From an uncultured bacterium (GTDB lineage Bacteria > Fermentibacterota > Fermentibacteria > Fermentibacterales > Fermentibacteraceae), in NCBI GenBank assembly GCA_964603785.1, contig CAZRWD010000003.1, forward strand, positions 142,716 to 206,715: DNA of 64,000 bases, read 5' to 3'. Of the stretch, positions 45,133 to 53,254 are shown piece by piece. A program made the translations under genes and the position numbers. The notes below the pieces were generated by a model that made no database searches, was not told where the DNA came from, and worked only from the letters and a program-made list of their open reading frames with translations. The number at the start of each line of letters is the position of its first letter. Position 1 is the first letter of the stretch.

Positions 45133-45949
45133 ATCCCACCCCGGCCTGGTGCGTGAGTTCGAGGTCGGGATGCGTCTCTACCGCGTAGCTGAGCCGGATC
45201 CCCTCGACCTCGACCGCGATGCCGCCGGTGAACGAGGCCGGGGAGGACTTCACCCCCGCCATGAGGGAGACCGGGCCGACGGGGACGGACTGCCCGAACC
45301 TGATCCTGGTGCCCCTGTAGTCCCTGCTCAGCGCCACCCTCGACTCGAGACCCGCGGAAGGCCGGTAGGCCAGGCCGATGTCCAGCCGGGACTCGAATCT
45401 CTCGCCGCTCTCGCCGATGCGCGCATCGAAGACGTTCCTGGCCGAGGCGGAGAGCATCCAGCGCGAGTAGACCTCGGCCTGCAGACCGGCGTTGACGGCC
45501 CATGCCGCGGCGCTGCCGTAGCTGCTCTGCCCGTCGGCTATGTCCACGACCGCCACCACCGGCTGGATGCCGAAGGACATCCCCCGCCCGAGCCTCCCGG
45601 CCACGGTTACGGCCGCGAGCTTCTCCGAATAGTCCTCGAACCCGAACATCCTCAGGCTGAGGGAGCCCGTCAGGCCGCTCGCGAGGGCCAGCGAGCCGTC
45701 CAGCCCGTGCGTCGCGAAGTCGAACAGCGAGAAGGGGAGCCTGCTCGCGGCGCAGACCGCGGGCCCCTCCTCCCGTGCGAGGGCGGCAGGGTTCGACATC
45801 ACCGAGGAGAGCCCGGTCCCGCAGACGCCCGTGCCTCCCATGGCCTGGTCCGCCACGCCCAGCTCGAGGTCCTCGAAGGCCGCGTGGCCGTGCGCGGCCA
45901 GGACCAGGAGCAGGCAGAAGGGCAGCAGTCTTCCGAAGCGTCCTTTCAT
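45122..45949 (-). CDS. Small outer-membrane beta-barrel protein (PorP/SprF- or PorQ-like)
   Basis: Signal peptide. Glycine/aromatic beta-strand pattern and a C-terminal aromatic residue (GVGYAF). Lies directly downstream of a T9SS-CTD cargo gene, as is common for porP/sprF. Confidence 0.5.
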   Translation of the reverse strand: MKGRFGRLLPFCLLLVLAAHGHAAFEDLELGVADQAMGGTGVCGTGLSSVMSNPAALAREEGPAVCAASRLPFSLFDFATHGLDGSLALASGLTGSLSLRMFGFEDYSEKLAAVTVAGRLGRGMSFGIQPVVAVVDIADGQSSYGSAAAWAVNAGLQAEVYSRWMLSASARNVFDARIGESGERFESRLDIGLAYRPSAGLESRVALSRDYRGTRIRFGQSVPVGPVSLMAGVKSSPASFTGGIAVEVEGIRLSYAVETHPDLELTHQAGVGYAF

Positions 45950-45953
45950 CTCG

Positions 45954-46958
45954 CTACTCCAGACCGGCCGCGACCGTGACCGTCTCGGTGGTCACGTAGC
46001 GCCCTCCGTCGGGGGCGATGCCCTCGAGATGGATGATGTAGGGACCCATGGGGAGGTCCTCCCCCCTGTCGTCGTCCCCGTCCCACATCAGGGCGTCGCC
46101 GGCGGGACGGGAGTCGGCCAGCCGGGCGACCTCCCTGCCCGAACGGTCGAACACCTTCACCGTGAACCTCCAGCCGGACGGGCCGCCGTACTCGAGGGCG
46201 AGCACCTCCCCCCGCGACGGGGCGAACGGGGTGCCCGAGACGTCGAGGTGAAAGACGGAGGGTATCGACGGCGTGTAGACCGCCAGGTCCGACTGGTATC
46301 TGGGCAGGATCTGGTATCCCGAGTCGTAGGGCGGCTCCGAGTCGTACTGCCCGCCGATCCCGGTCAGGAAGAGCCTGACTCCGGCGGATATCCCCGAGAG
46401 GCTGATGCCGGTCGACTCGTTCACCCTCACCTGGAGAGAGGTCTGCCCGTTCCACACGCTGAAGTTCCACCCGCCGCCCGACTGGGCGGGGTCGTTGGCG
46501 ACCGTCACCCATCTCTCCTCGGAGGGGTTCCCCGCACGCAGCAGCAGGCCTTCGAGCGGTTCCGCCACCCCCTGGTGCATCGCGAGGGGGAGCGGCTCGG
46601 GGGAGGGGCCCGATCCCACCAGCACGTAGTCCGAGACGGCTCCCGGGGAGATCTCGGTCAGGCCGTTGTAGAACTCGATCTCGCCCGTGATCTGCAGCGT
46701 GTCCCCGGGGCCGGCCGGGAATGCGGGCAGCTCCCAGGAGAAGACGTTGATTCCCGCGGTGGAGTCCTGGACGTAGAAGCCGGCCCCCGAGCCGGCGGAG
46801 AAGAGTGCGGGCTCGCAGGTGGCCACCGCAACGACCGTGACGACCTGGCCCAGCAGGTCGGGGATGCCGTCGGCGTCGAGGTCCGCCCTCGCCTCCTCCA
46901 CGGTGATGGAGGCCGCGGGAAGGGCGGCGAGCGTCATCAGGAGAAGCGTTCTGTGCAT
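45954..46958 (-). CDS. Secreted protein with YhcR-type OB-fold nucleic-acid-binding domain and C-terminal FlgD-Ig/T9SS-like sorting domain
   Basis: Trimmed to MHRTLLLMTLAALPAASI (signal peptide). OB-fold signature (VVTVVAVATCEP...GFYVQDSTAGINVF...GDTLQITGEIEFYNGLTEI), as seen in YhcR/ExeM-type extracellular nucleases. C-terminal 90 aa resemble a FlgD-Ig/T9SS CTD (GEVLALEYGGPSGWRFTVKVFDRSGREVARL...). Confidence 0.55.
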   Translation of the reverse strand: MHRTLLLMTLAALPAASITVEEARADLDADGIPDLLGQVVTVVAVATCEPALFSAGSGAGFYVQDSTAGINVFSWELPAFPAGPGDTLQITGEIEFYNGLTEISPGAVSDYVLVGSGPSPEPLPLAMHQGVAEPLEGLLLRAGNPSEERWVTVANDPAQSGGGWNFSVWNGQTSLQVRVNESTGISLSGISAGVRLFLTGIGGQYDSEPPYDSGYQILPRYQSDLAVYTPSIPSVFHLDVSGTPFAPSRGEVLALEYGGPSGWRFTVKVFDRSGREVARLADSRPAGDALMWDGDDDRGEDLPMGPYIIHLEGIAPDGGRYVTTETVTVAAGLE

Positions 46959-46983
46959 CTGTCGTCCCCCCGCAGCGGCCGGC

Positions 46984-48270
46984 TCAGCGTCCGGCCGAGA
47001 TCTCGGCATCGGTCAGCTCCGCGGCCCTCGAGAGGGCCTCGGAGGCGGTCATCCTTCCGTAGAGGGCTATCTCGATAGCCTCGGACAGGAACTCCCTGCC
47101 CTCGTACCATGCTGAAGTCTGTGGCTCGAACGAGGCGTAGTCCAGTTGGGCGATGACCCCGTCCAGCCCGGGATTGCTCCCGATCCTGCCGAGGGCCTCG
47201 GGCTCGAGGAGCGCGCTGCGCACCGCCGGCAGGTATCCGCTGCCCTCGAACCACCTCGCCTGCTGGCGGGGCTCGAGGAACCACTTGGCGAACTCCCAGG
47301 AGGCGGCGACCTCGCGGGGGTCCTCCGAGCGGAAGATCACGACGTTCGTCCCGGCGATGAACACCGCCCTCCTGACGTTCCCGGGAAGGGGGGCGACACC
47401 CACCGTGAAGGTGGGCAGCCCGCTCTCGGCCTTCCTCCTCATGTCGGCCTCCAGGAAGGCCAGCGAGGTGACCGAGGCCTCTATCAGCCCGACCCTCCCG
47501 GCAGAGAACTGCCGCTGGTGGTCGAACCCGGTGGCGACGTAGGCGGTCCGGTCCTCGAACACGAGGGTCTGGAGGTACTCCAGCGCACCCACGCCCTCGG
47601 GGGAGTCGAAGGCCACGGAGCCGCCGCCCGGAGCGAGAAGGGAGCCCCCGTTCTGGGCGAGCAGGCACTCGAAGGTCCATACGCTGCTGGTGAAGGCGGT
47701 GCCCCACCTGTCGCCCTCGTCCTGCAGGTCTCCGTCAGCGTTGGAGTCGAAGGCCAGGTCGCGGAGGAGCTGCCGGTGCCCGTCCCAGGTGGTGGCGGGT
47801 TCGAGGCCCAGGCTGTCGAAGAGCTCGGTGTTGTAGTAGATGAGCGGGACGCTCTTGTTGAAGGGCAGGCTGTATATGCGGTCTCCGAAGGTGTTGTCCT
47901 CCCTGAAGACCTCGTAGACGTCCGGCCACAGCCTTTCGGTGAAGTCGGGGTCGAGCGCCATCAGGGAGTCCATCGGCACTATGGCTCCGCCCCGGACGAG
48001 CTGCGCGGTCCAGGTCTCGTAGGCCTGGGCCATCGACGGCGGCTCGCCGGCCATGACGCTCGCCATGATCTTCTGGCTGAGGGCCCTGTAGTTGCCCATG
48101 GTCACGGGGACGACCTCGATGCCTGGGTGGGTCTCGTTGAACTCCGCGATCAGCGTGTCCTCGAGGACGTCGCCCAGGGGGCCGCCCATGGCGTGCCAGA
48201 ACACCACCCGGACATCGCCGGGGGCCGATCCCGGCGCGCCGCAGGATGATGTGCAGGCTGCGACGGCCAT
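46984..48270 (-). CDS. ABC transporter substrate-binding protein (family 1, sugar-type)
   Basis: Lipoprotein-like N-terminus (AVAAC) and extracellular solute-binding family-1 features (RVVFWHAMGGP, LPFNKSVPLIYYN). No cognate permease or ATPase genes adjacent. Confidence 0.7.
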   Translation of the reverse strand: MAVAACTSSCGAPGSAPGDVRVVFWHAMGGPLGDVLEDTLIAEFNETHPGIEVVPVTMGNYRALSQKIMASVMAGEPPSMAQAYETWTAQLVRGGAIVPMDSLMALDPDFTERLWPDVYEVFREDNTFGDRIYSLPFNKSVPLIYYNTELFDSLGLEPATTWDGHRQLLRDLAFDSNADGDLQDEGDRWGTAFTSSVWTFECLLAQNGGSLLAPGGGSVAFDSPEGVGALEYLQTLVFEDRTAYVATGFDHQRQFSAGRVGLIEASVTSLAFLEADMRRKAESGLPTFTVGVAPLPGNVRRAVFIAGTNVVIFRSEDPREVAASWEFAKWFLEPRQQARWFEGSGYLPAVRSALLEPEALGRIGSNPGLDGVIAQLDYASFEPQTSAWYEGREFLSEAIEIALYGRMTASEALSRAAELTDAEISAGR

Positions 48271-48397
48271 GGCTGTCAGGACGGCGGGAAGGTTCCTCAG
48301 CTGTCATCCCCCCTGCGAGTGTCGAACGGGGAATATAGACGAGGGGAGGGGCGGCGGGCAGCGCCCGTAGCCGGGTCCGGGAAGGCCCGGCCGGGGA

Positions 48398-48676
48398 TTA
48401 CCTGCAGCAGCAGCCGCCCGGGCAGGAACCGGCGCCCGGTTCGTCGGAGGACGGCTTGGAGGCCTCGCAGGAGCCACCCTCCGCCGGGCAGGAGCCCTTG
48501 CGGTAGTCGGTCGAATAGAAGCCCGCGCCCTTGAAGATGAAGCCGGCGCCGACCCCTATGAGCCTGCGAACCCCTCCCCCGCACTTCGGGCAGGTCCTGG
48601 CGGGCTCGTCCGTCATGCTCTGGAAGAGCTCGAATCTATGGCCGCAGCTGTCGCACTCGTAATCGTAGGTGGGCAT
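48398..48676 (-). CDS. FmdB-family zinc-ribbon protein with Cys-rich C-terminal tail
   Basis: Trimmed to the canonical MPTYDYECDSCGHRFE...CPKCGG zinc ribbon. Unusual Cys-rich extension (GSCPAEGGSCEAS...GSCPGGCCCR). Confidence 0.6.
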   Translation of the reverse strand: MPTYDYECDSCGHRFELFQSMTDEPARTCPKCGGGVRRLIGVGAGFIFKGAGFYSTDYRKGSCPAEGGSCEASKPSSDEPGAGSCPGGCCCR

Positions 48677-48864
48677 CTCAGCCTCCGTCATGCCGGGGGT
48701 GCGCTCACCCTCCGGTCGTTTGCCGAACTGAGTCTCCGCAGGTTACAAGTGCATATTTCTTGCCACTTTGCGCCCGTCCGTCAAGCCTTGTGCGGCAACG
48801 GGCTGTACCGTCGGGCACTCCGGCGGGGGGCCGCAGGGTGCCCCGGTGGCGCGTTCCGCCGCCT

Positions 48865-49851
48865 CTACCCGACCACGTCCCTCGGCCGCAGCCCCTCGTG
48901 GATGGCCGCGGCCAGCCCGGCCAGGATGATCGGCAGGAACTGCGACGCGTGGAACACCAGGGCGAGGGCTCCGGCCTCGGCCGGCGACAGGGAGGAGACC
49001 GCCGGAAGGACCACCGCCAGGGCGGCATGCACCGTGCCGGTTCCCGCCGGGGTGGGGATAAGCATCCCGAAGGCCGCCAGGATCAGGACGAGAGCCGGGT
49101 AGAACCACTCGAAGCCCAGGGACAGGGCCATGAAGGCCGGGGCCACGGAAAGCGCCAGGCAGAACCAGACGAGCAGCGACATGAGGGCCACCGAGAGGAG
49201 CTCGCGGACGCTCCTGAGGATCTCCAGCCCGTCGGCGAAAGAGAGCAGGGCCCTCTCCAGGAGGGCTGCAGGTCTCGCCAGGCCCGCGAGCCTGAACGGC
49301 ATCGAGGCGAGCGCGCATGCCCGGGCGCGCCATATGCGCAGGGCGACGAGGAAAAGGAGGACCAGGACATAGCCTGCGCCTGCCAGGATCAGACCGGTTC
49401 TGACCGGGACCGCCAGCCTGTCCCACAGGCCGAACACGGCCACGAGGCTCATCGCCGTGAGCGTGAGTCCGTCGAACAGGCGGGCGAGGACGACCGTGGC
49501 GAGCGAGGAGGCCCTCGGGACGCCCGTGCGCCTCGACAGGAGCAGTGCCCTCACGAACTCCCCCACCCTGGCCGGGAGTATCGAGTTCACCATGAAGCCC
49601 GCCAGCAGGGGCGGTGCGGCGGCCGCGAAGGGTACTGGCCGGAGCGGTGCGAGCAGGAGCCTCCACCTGACTATCCTGAAGACGTAGCTCAGCGCGAGCG
49701 GGGGCAGCACCAGGAGGAGCAGGGCCCAGCGGGCGCCCGAGAGAGTGCTGCGGAGTCCGTCCAGATCGAGGCTCCTGTAGGTGAGCCACATGGCCGCGAC
49801 CGCGATGGCCACGCCGAGGGCCAGCTGGAGCACGAGCCGGGATCTGCTCAC
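48865..49851 (-). CDS. Flippase-like membrane protein (lysylphosphatidylglycerol-synthase TM-region/UPF0104 family)
   Basis: GTG start overlaps the gmhA stop (GTGA). Eight hydrophobic helices with the family-typical PARVGEFVRALLLSRR motif. The upstream about 180 aa of the track ORF are Arg-rich and spurious. Confidence 0.6.
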   Translation of the reverse strand: MSRSRLVLQLALGVAIAVAAMWLTYRSLDLDGLRSTLSGARWALLLLVLPPLALSYVFRIVRWRLLLAPLRPVPFAAAAPPLLAGFMVNSILPARVGEFVRALLLSRRTGVPRASSLATVVLARLFDGLTLTAMSLVAVFGLWDRLAVPVRTGLILAGAGYVLVLLFLVALRIWRARACALASMPFRLAGLARPAALLERALLSFADGLEILRSVRELLSVALMSLLVWFCLALSVAPAFMALSLGFEWFYPALVLILAAFGMLIPTPAGTGTVHAALAVVLPAVSSLSPAEAGALALVFHASQFLPIILAGLAAAIHEGLRPRDVVG

Positions 49852-50420
49852 CGGGCCTCCGCCCCCGCCATGGCGGCTTCCACGGCCGCACAGACCGCAT
49901 GACCCGCGGACATCAGCACCTCCTGCACATGACCGGAAACGCCGGACGGCGCCACGACGGCTGCATCGGCCGCCGACGCCAGACCTGCGCCGCCCGCGCC
50001 GGTCATGGCGACGACCCTCATCCCCAGCCCACGGGCGGCCCTGACCGCCTCGAGGACGTTGGGCGAGGCCCCGCTCGTGCTGATGGCGAAGAGGACGTCT
50101 CCCGGCCTGCCCAGGGCGCGGAGCTGTCGCGAGAAGACCTGGTCGAAGGACCAGTCGTTCGAGATGGCGGTCAGGGCGGCGGGGTTGTCCGACAGGGAGA
50201 CAGCCCGGAGGGGTTCCCTGTCGCGGAGGAACCTGCCGGTGAACTCGGCGGCGAAGTGCTGGGAGTCGGCGGCGCTGCCCCCGTTTCCGCAGAAGAACAG
50301 GGTCCCGCCCGACCTGAGGCTGGAGACGCAGATATCCGTCACGGGGTCGAGGCAGGCGGGGTCGAACGCCCGCAGGGCCTCGAGGGTCGATCGAACCCAC
50401 CTCTCCGCGGCATCACTCAT
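49848..50420 (-). CDS. gmhA: D-sedoheptulose-7-phosphate isomerase (SIS domain)
   Basis: Trimmed to MSDAAERW. SIS motifs (LFFCGNGGSAADSQHFAAEF, VLFAISTSGASPNVLEA). Confidence 0.8.
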   Translation of the reverse strand: MSDAAERWVRSTLEALRAFDPACLDPVTDICVSSLRSGGTLFFCGNGGSAADSQHFAAEFTGRFLRDREPLRAVSLSDNPAALTAISNDWSFDQVFSRQLRALGRPGDVLFAISTSGASPNVLEAVRAARGLGMRVVAMTGAGGAGLASAADAAVVAPSGVSGHVQEVLMSAGHAVCAAVEAAMAGAEAR

Positions 50421-51213
50421 TGGAAGCCCTCCAGCGGCCCAGCGCATCGCAGAGCGCGGGCGGAACGTAGCCACCGACGGTGGACAGGGCGGAGTAGACC
50501 GGTCTCGGGGCGGGCAGCCCGAGCCCGGCCCAGGTCACCGGCTCCGCCTCGCCCCCGAGGTCGCCCGCCATTTCGACGGCCAGCGAATATGGCGTCACGA
50601 CCCCCGGATTGACGACATGGAACAGCCCGGACGCCCCGTCGTCCAGCATCCTGAGCACCATCCCGACGAGGTCGGGAGCGTAGGTGGCGCAGGCCTCCTG
50701 GTCGGTGACCGCCCTGACGGAGCCCTTGCGGAGGCTCCTCGCGATCCAGGGCACGATGCCCCTTTCCCCGTGGAAGAGCCAGGATGTCCTGACGACCAGT
50801 GACGAGGGTCTTGCCAGGACGGCCTCCTCCCCGGCGAGCTTGCTCCGTGCATAGGCGTTCGCAGGCGAGACGGGGTCGGTCTCGACCCAGGGGCGGGAGG
50901 ACGGACCGGTGAATACATGGTCGGTGCTGAAGGTGACCAGGACCCGGGCGGCGTCGGCCAGCTCGGCGGGGACCTCGGCATGAAGCCTGCGGGCCCGGCC
51001 GGGGTGGGTCTCGCAGAAGTCCACGTCGGTCAGGGCCGCGCAGTTCAGGACGATCTCCGCCCCGCTCGAGGCCACCAGGCGTGCAGCCGTTCCGGGCACC
51101 GCGAGATCGACCTCGGGCAGGTCGGCTCCCACGGCGCGGTCGCCCAGCCTGTTCATGAAGAGCCCGCCAAGGAGCCCCCTGCATCCGGTCACCAGGATCC
51201 CGGGGAGCTTCAT
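50413..51213 (-). CDS. rfbD: dTDP-4-dehydrorhamnose reductase-like NAD(P)-dependent sugar reductase
   Basis: Trimmed to MKLPGILVTGCRGLLGG (Rossmann). RmlD-like motifs (FSTDHVF, ETDPVSPANAYARSKLAGE, RTSW). Start overlaps gmhA by 8 nt. Confidence 0.7.
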   Translation of the reverse strand: MKLPGILVTGCRGLLGGLFMNRLGDRAVGADLPEVDLAVPGTAARLVASSGAEIVLNCAALTDVDFCETHPGRARRLHAEVPAELADAARVLVTFSTDHVFTGPSSRPWVETDPVSPANAYARSKLAGEEAVLARPSSLVVRTSWLFHGERGIVPWIARSLRKGSVRAVTDQEACATYAPDLVGMVLRMLDDGASGLFHVVNPGVVTPYSLAVEMAGDLGGEAEPVTWAGLGLPAPRPVYSALSTVGGYVPPALCDALGRWRASNE

Positions 51214-51956
51214 CCCCGCCCCTCCGCCGTCTTCGGGTCGGCGTTCCCGAGGACCAGCGCGGGGTTGATCGAGACCATCCTCGCCCAGCTCTCGTCTCCG
51301 CACGCCCCGGCGACCTCGTCGCGCAGGGAGGAGAGGGAGGGATCTCCCCTGTGATGGCAGTCGCTCGCGAGGATCCTGCACAGACCTCTCCGGATGATCT
51401 CGATGGCGGCGTCGCGGGTGTCGCGCGACCCACGCACGAGGCTGCGCCCGCTCACCTGTCCCCACACGCCGAGTCCGGCCAGCGCCTCCAGCCTTCCCGG
51501 CTTCTCCCGGCACCATCCGTACCTCTCCGGGTGCGCCAGGACTACGCCCCTCACCCTGCCGGCGAGGGATGCGAGCCGCATCCGCGCGAGCAGCCAGGGC
51601 GTGGTCGGGGGGAGTTCGGCAAGCACCCAGTCGGTTCCCGGATAACGCTGTATCCCGGCCGCCGCCGAGGCCGACGGCATCCTGTCCAGCATCACCTCCG
51701 CCCCGCAGAGCAGCCTGAAGCCGTCGGGGAGGATCCTGCCGGCGAGGCTCACGAACTCCGCGATGCGCCTCTCCCGCCCGACCGGTGCGCGCCCGTGCCC
51801 CGTGAGCGATGCGTGGGGCGTGGCGGCGACCACGGCAGGGGGTTCGGTGGTGCGCACGAAGTCGGCCAGCAGGTCGGAGGTCTCCTCCCAGCCCGAAGGC
51901 CCGTCGTCCACCCCGGGCACAAGGTGGGCATGCAGATCCGTCAGCCGCATCGTCAT
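51210..51956 (-). CDS. CpsB/CapC-family (PHP-domain) tyrosine-protein phosphatase
   Basis: Trimmed to MTMRLTDLHAHLVPGVDDGP (PHP motif I) and downstream His motifs (VLAHPERY, ASDCHH). Confidence 0.7.
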   Translation of the reverse strand: MTMRLTDLHAHLVPGVDDGPSGWEETSDLLADFVRTTEPPAVVAATPHASLTGHGRAPVGRERRIAEFVSLAGRILPDGFRLLCGAEVMLDRMPSASAAAGIQRYPGTDWVLAELPPTTPWLLARMRLASLAGRVRGVVLAHPERYGWCREKPGRLEALAGLGVWGQVSGRSLVRGSRDTRDAAIEIIRRGLCRILASDCHHRGDPSLSSLRDEVAGACGDESWARMVSINPALVLGNADPKTAEGRG

Positions 51957-52014
51957 CAGGTCCTCCGGAGGATGATGCGTGCCGATGATAACCCTCCCGG
52001 GGCCGGGGGGGCCA

Positions 52015-52632
52015 TCAGTCGTCTCCGTCACGGGGCGGACACCCGGGAAAGGGCTTCTGGGGCAGGAGGACGAGGTCGGCGGCGGATCCGGGGCGGGCCC
52101 GCACCCTGACGGTGACCGATGGAGCCCCGGGGCTCCCGAACGGCTGTATCTCGAACGGAGACAGGCCGTATGCAGCGCATCCGGCCAGGAGGGCTCCGAG
52201 CGCCGCAGGCCTCTGCACGATCCGGAGCTCGCCCCGCTCCGAGAGGAGATGCGCTGCGGCCCTCAGGAAGAAGGCGGAGGTGAATCCGGCGGAGGCCCTT
52301 GCACGGTCCCGTCCCGGATCCGGCGACCTCCGGCATGAGCTGCCGCACATGAACGGAGGATTAGCCAGGACGATGTCCGCCACGCCGCGCGCCAGCGCGA
52401 ATGGGACCCTCGCCACGTCGCACGCCACCGGGATAGCGTTCCCGGGGCGCGGGCGGACGGACAGCGCCTCGCAGTCCAGGTCCAGGCAGATCCAGGAGCA
52501 GTCCGGGGCGCAGCCGGGCGCCATCCTCATCGCCGAGTAGGGTCCGGACCCCAGATCGGCTATCATGCCGCCGGGGCGGCACTGCATACCCTCGACCAGG
52601 GCGGCTGTGTCCGATGTGGGGGGTTGGACCAT
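52015..52632 (-). CDS. Class I SAM-dependent methyltransferase (NPPF motif, N6-adenine/MTS-type)
   Basis: Motif I (ADLGSGPYS) and the catalytic DIVLANPPF motif. Confidence 0.55.
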   Translation of the reverse strand: MVQPPTSDTAALVEGMQCRPGGMIADLGSGPYSAMRMAPGCAPDCSWICLDLDCEALSVRPRPGNAIPVACDVARVPFALARGVADIVLANPPFMCGSSCRRSPDPGRDRARASAGFTSAFFLRAAAHLLSERGELRIVQRPAALGALLAGCAAYGLSPFEIQPFGSPGAPSVTVRVRARPGSAADLVLLPQKPFPGCPPRDGDD

Positions 52633-52633
52633 C

Positions 52634-53254
52634 TCAGCGGTAGGAGGCCTTGACCACTCCCCAGGTGTACATGCCCTCGGTGTAGTCGTCGGGCCGGAAA
52701 TCCTCCCAGAGGCTTATCTTCCAGTAGTTGAAGTCGTCCTCCACCAGTGTGATCTTCGCCTGCCCCAGCGCGGGGTCGCCCCACTCGGCATAGCCGCTTC
52801 CGGCCACGACCATGCTGTAGTTCCGCCAGATCACCGCGCTGTCGGTGGGGGCCGGAGGATCGGGATGCTCGGGATCCAGGGAGAAGGCGACCGAGAGGAG
52901 GCTCTCCGCGGGCAGCCCGGAGCCCTGGACCGAGGCGAAGATGTTGCCGACAGTGTTCTGCTCGGAGGTCCAGTCCCAGTCGTCGAAGGAGAAGGTTCCG
53001 CCGTACTCCGCGGTGTCCGCCGGATCCGCCAGGAAGACGAACGAGGTGTCCATGCACTCCATGTAGAGGCCTATGCTGCGGGCCTCGAGCGCGCCGTCCA
53101 TGTTCAGCATGACCCTGGAGGGTGTCGTGGGGGGCTGCCAGTAGGTCTGGCCCCCACCAGGCTGCTCCGGCTCCCTGGGCTCGAAGAGCGAGCACCCCGT
53201 GGCCAGGATCCCCAGGAAGGCGGCGGTCGCGAGGCTCCTGATCTCAGAACACAT
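52634..53254 (-). CDS. Hypothetical lipoprotein
   Basis: Lipobox (AAFLGILATGC) and protein-like composition. No family recognised. Confidence 0.5.
   Translation of the reverse strand: MCSEIRSLATAAFLGILATGCSLFEPREPEQPGGGQTYWQPPTTPSRVMLNMDGALEARSIGLYMECMDTSFVFLADPADTAEYGGTFSFDDWDWTSEQNTVGNIFASVQGSGLPAESLLSVAFSLDPEHPDPPAPTDSAVIWRNYSMVVAGSGYAEWGDPALGQAKITLVEDDFNYWKISLWEDFRPDDYTEGMYTWGVVKASYR

Noticed and set aside
48743-50400. Long Arg-rich ORFs (48743..49900, 48760..49902, and the upstream part of 48865..50400) overlapping gmhA and the flippase-like gene
   Set aside because: Arg-rich low-complexity translations. The real flippase-like CDS starts at a GTG overlapping the gmhA stop.
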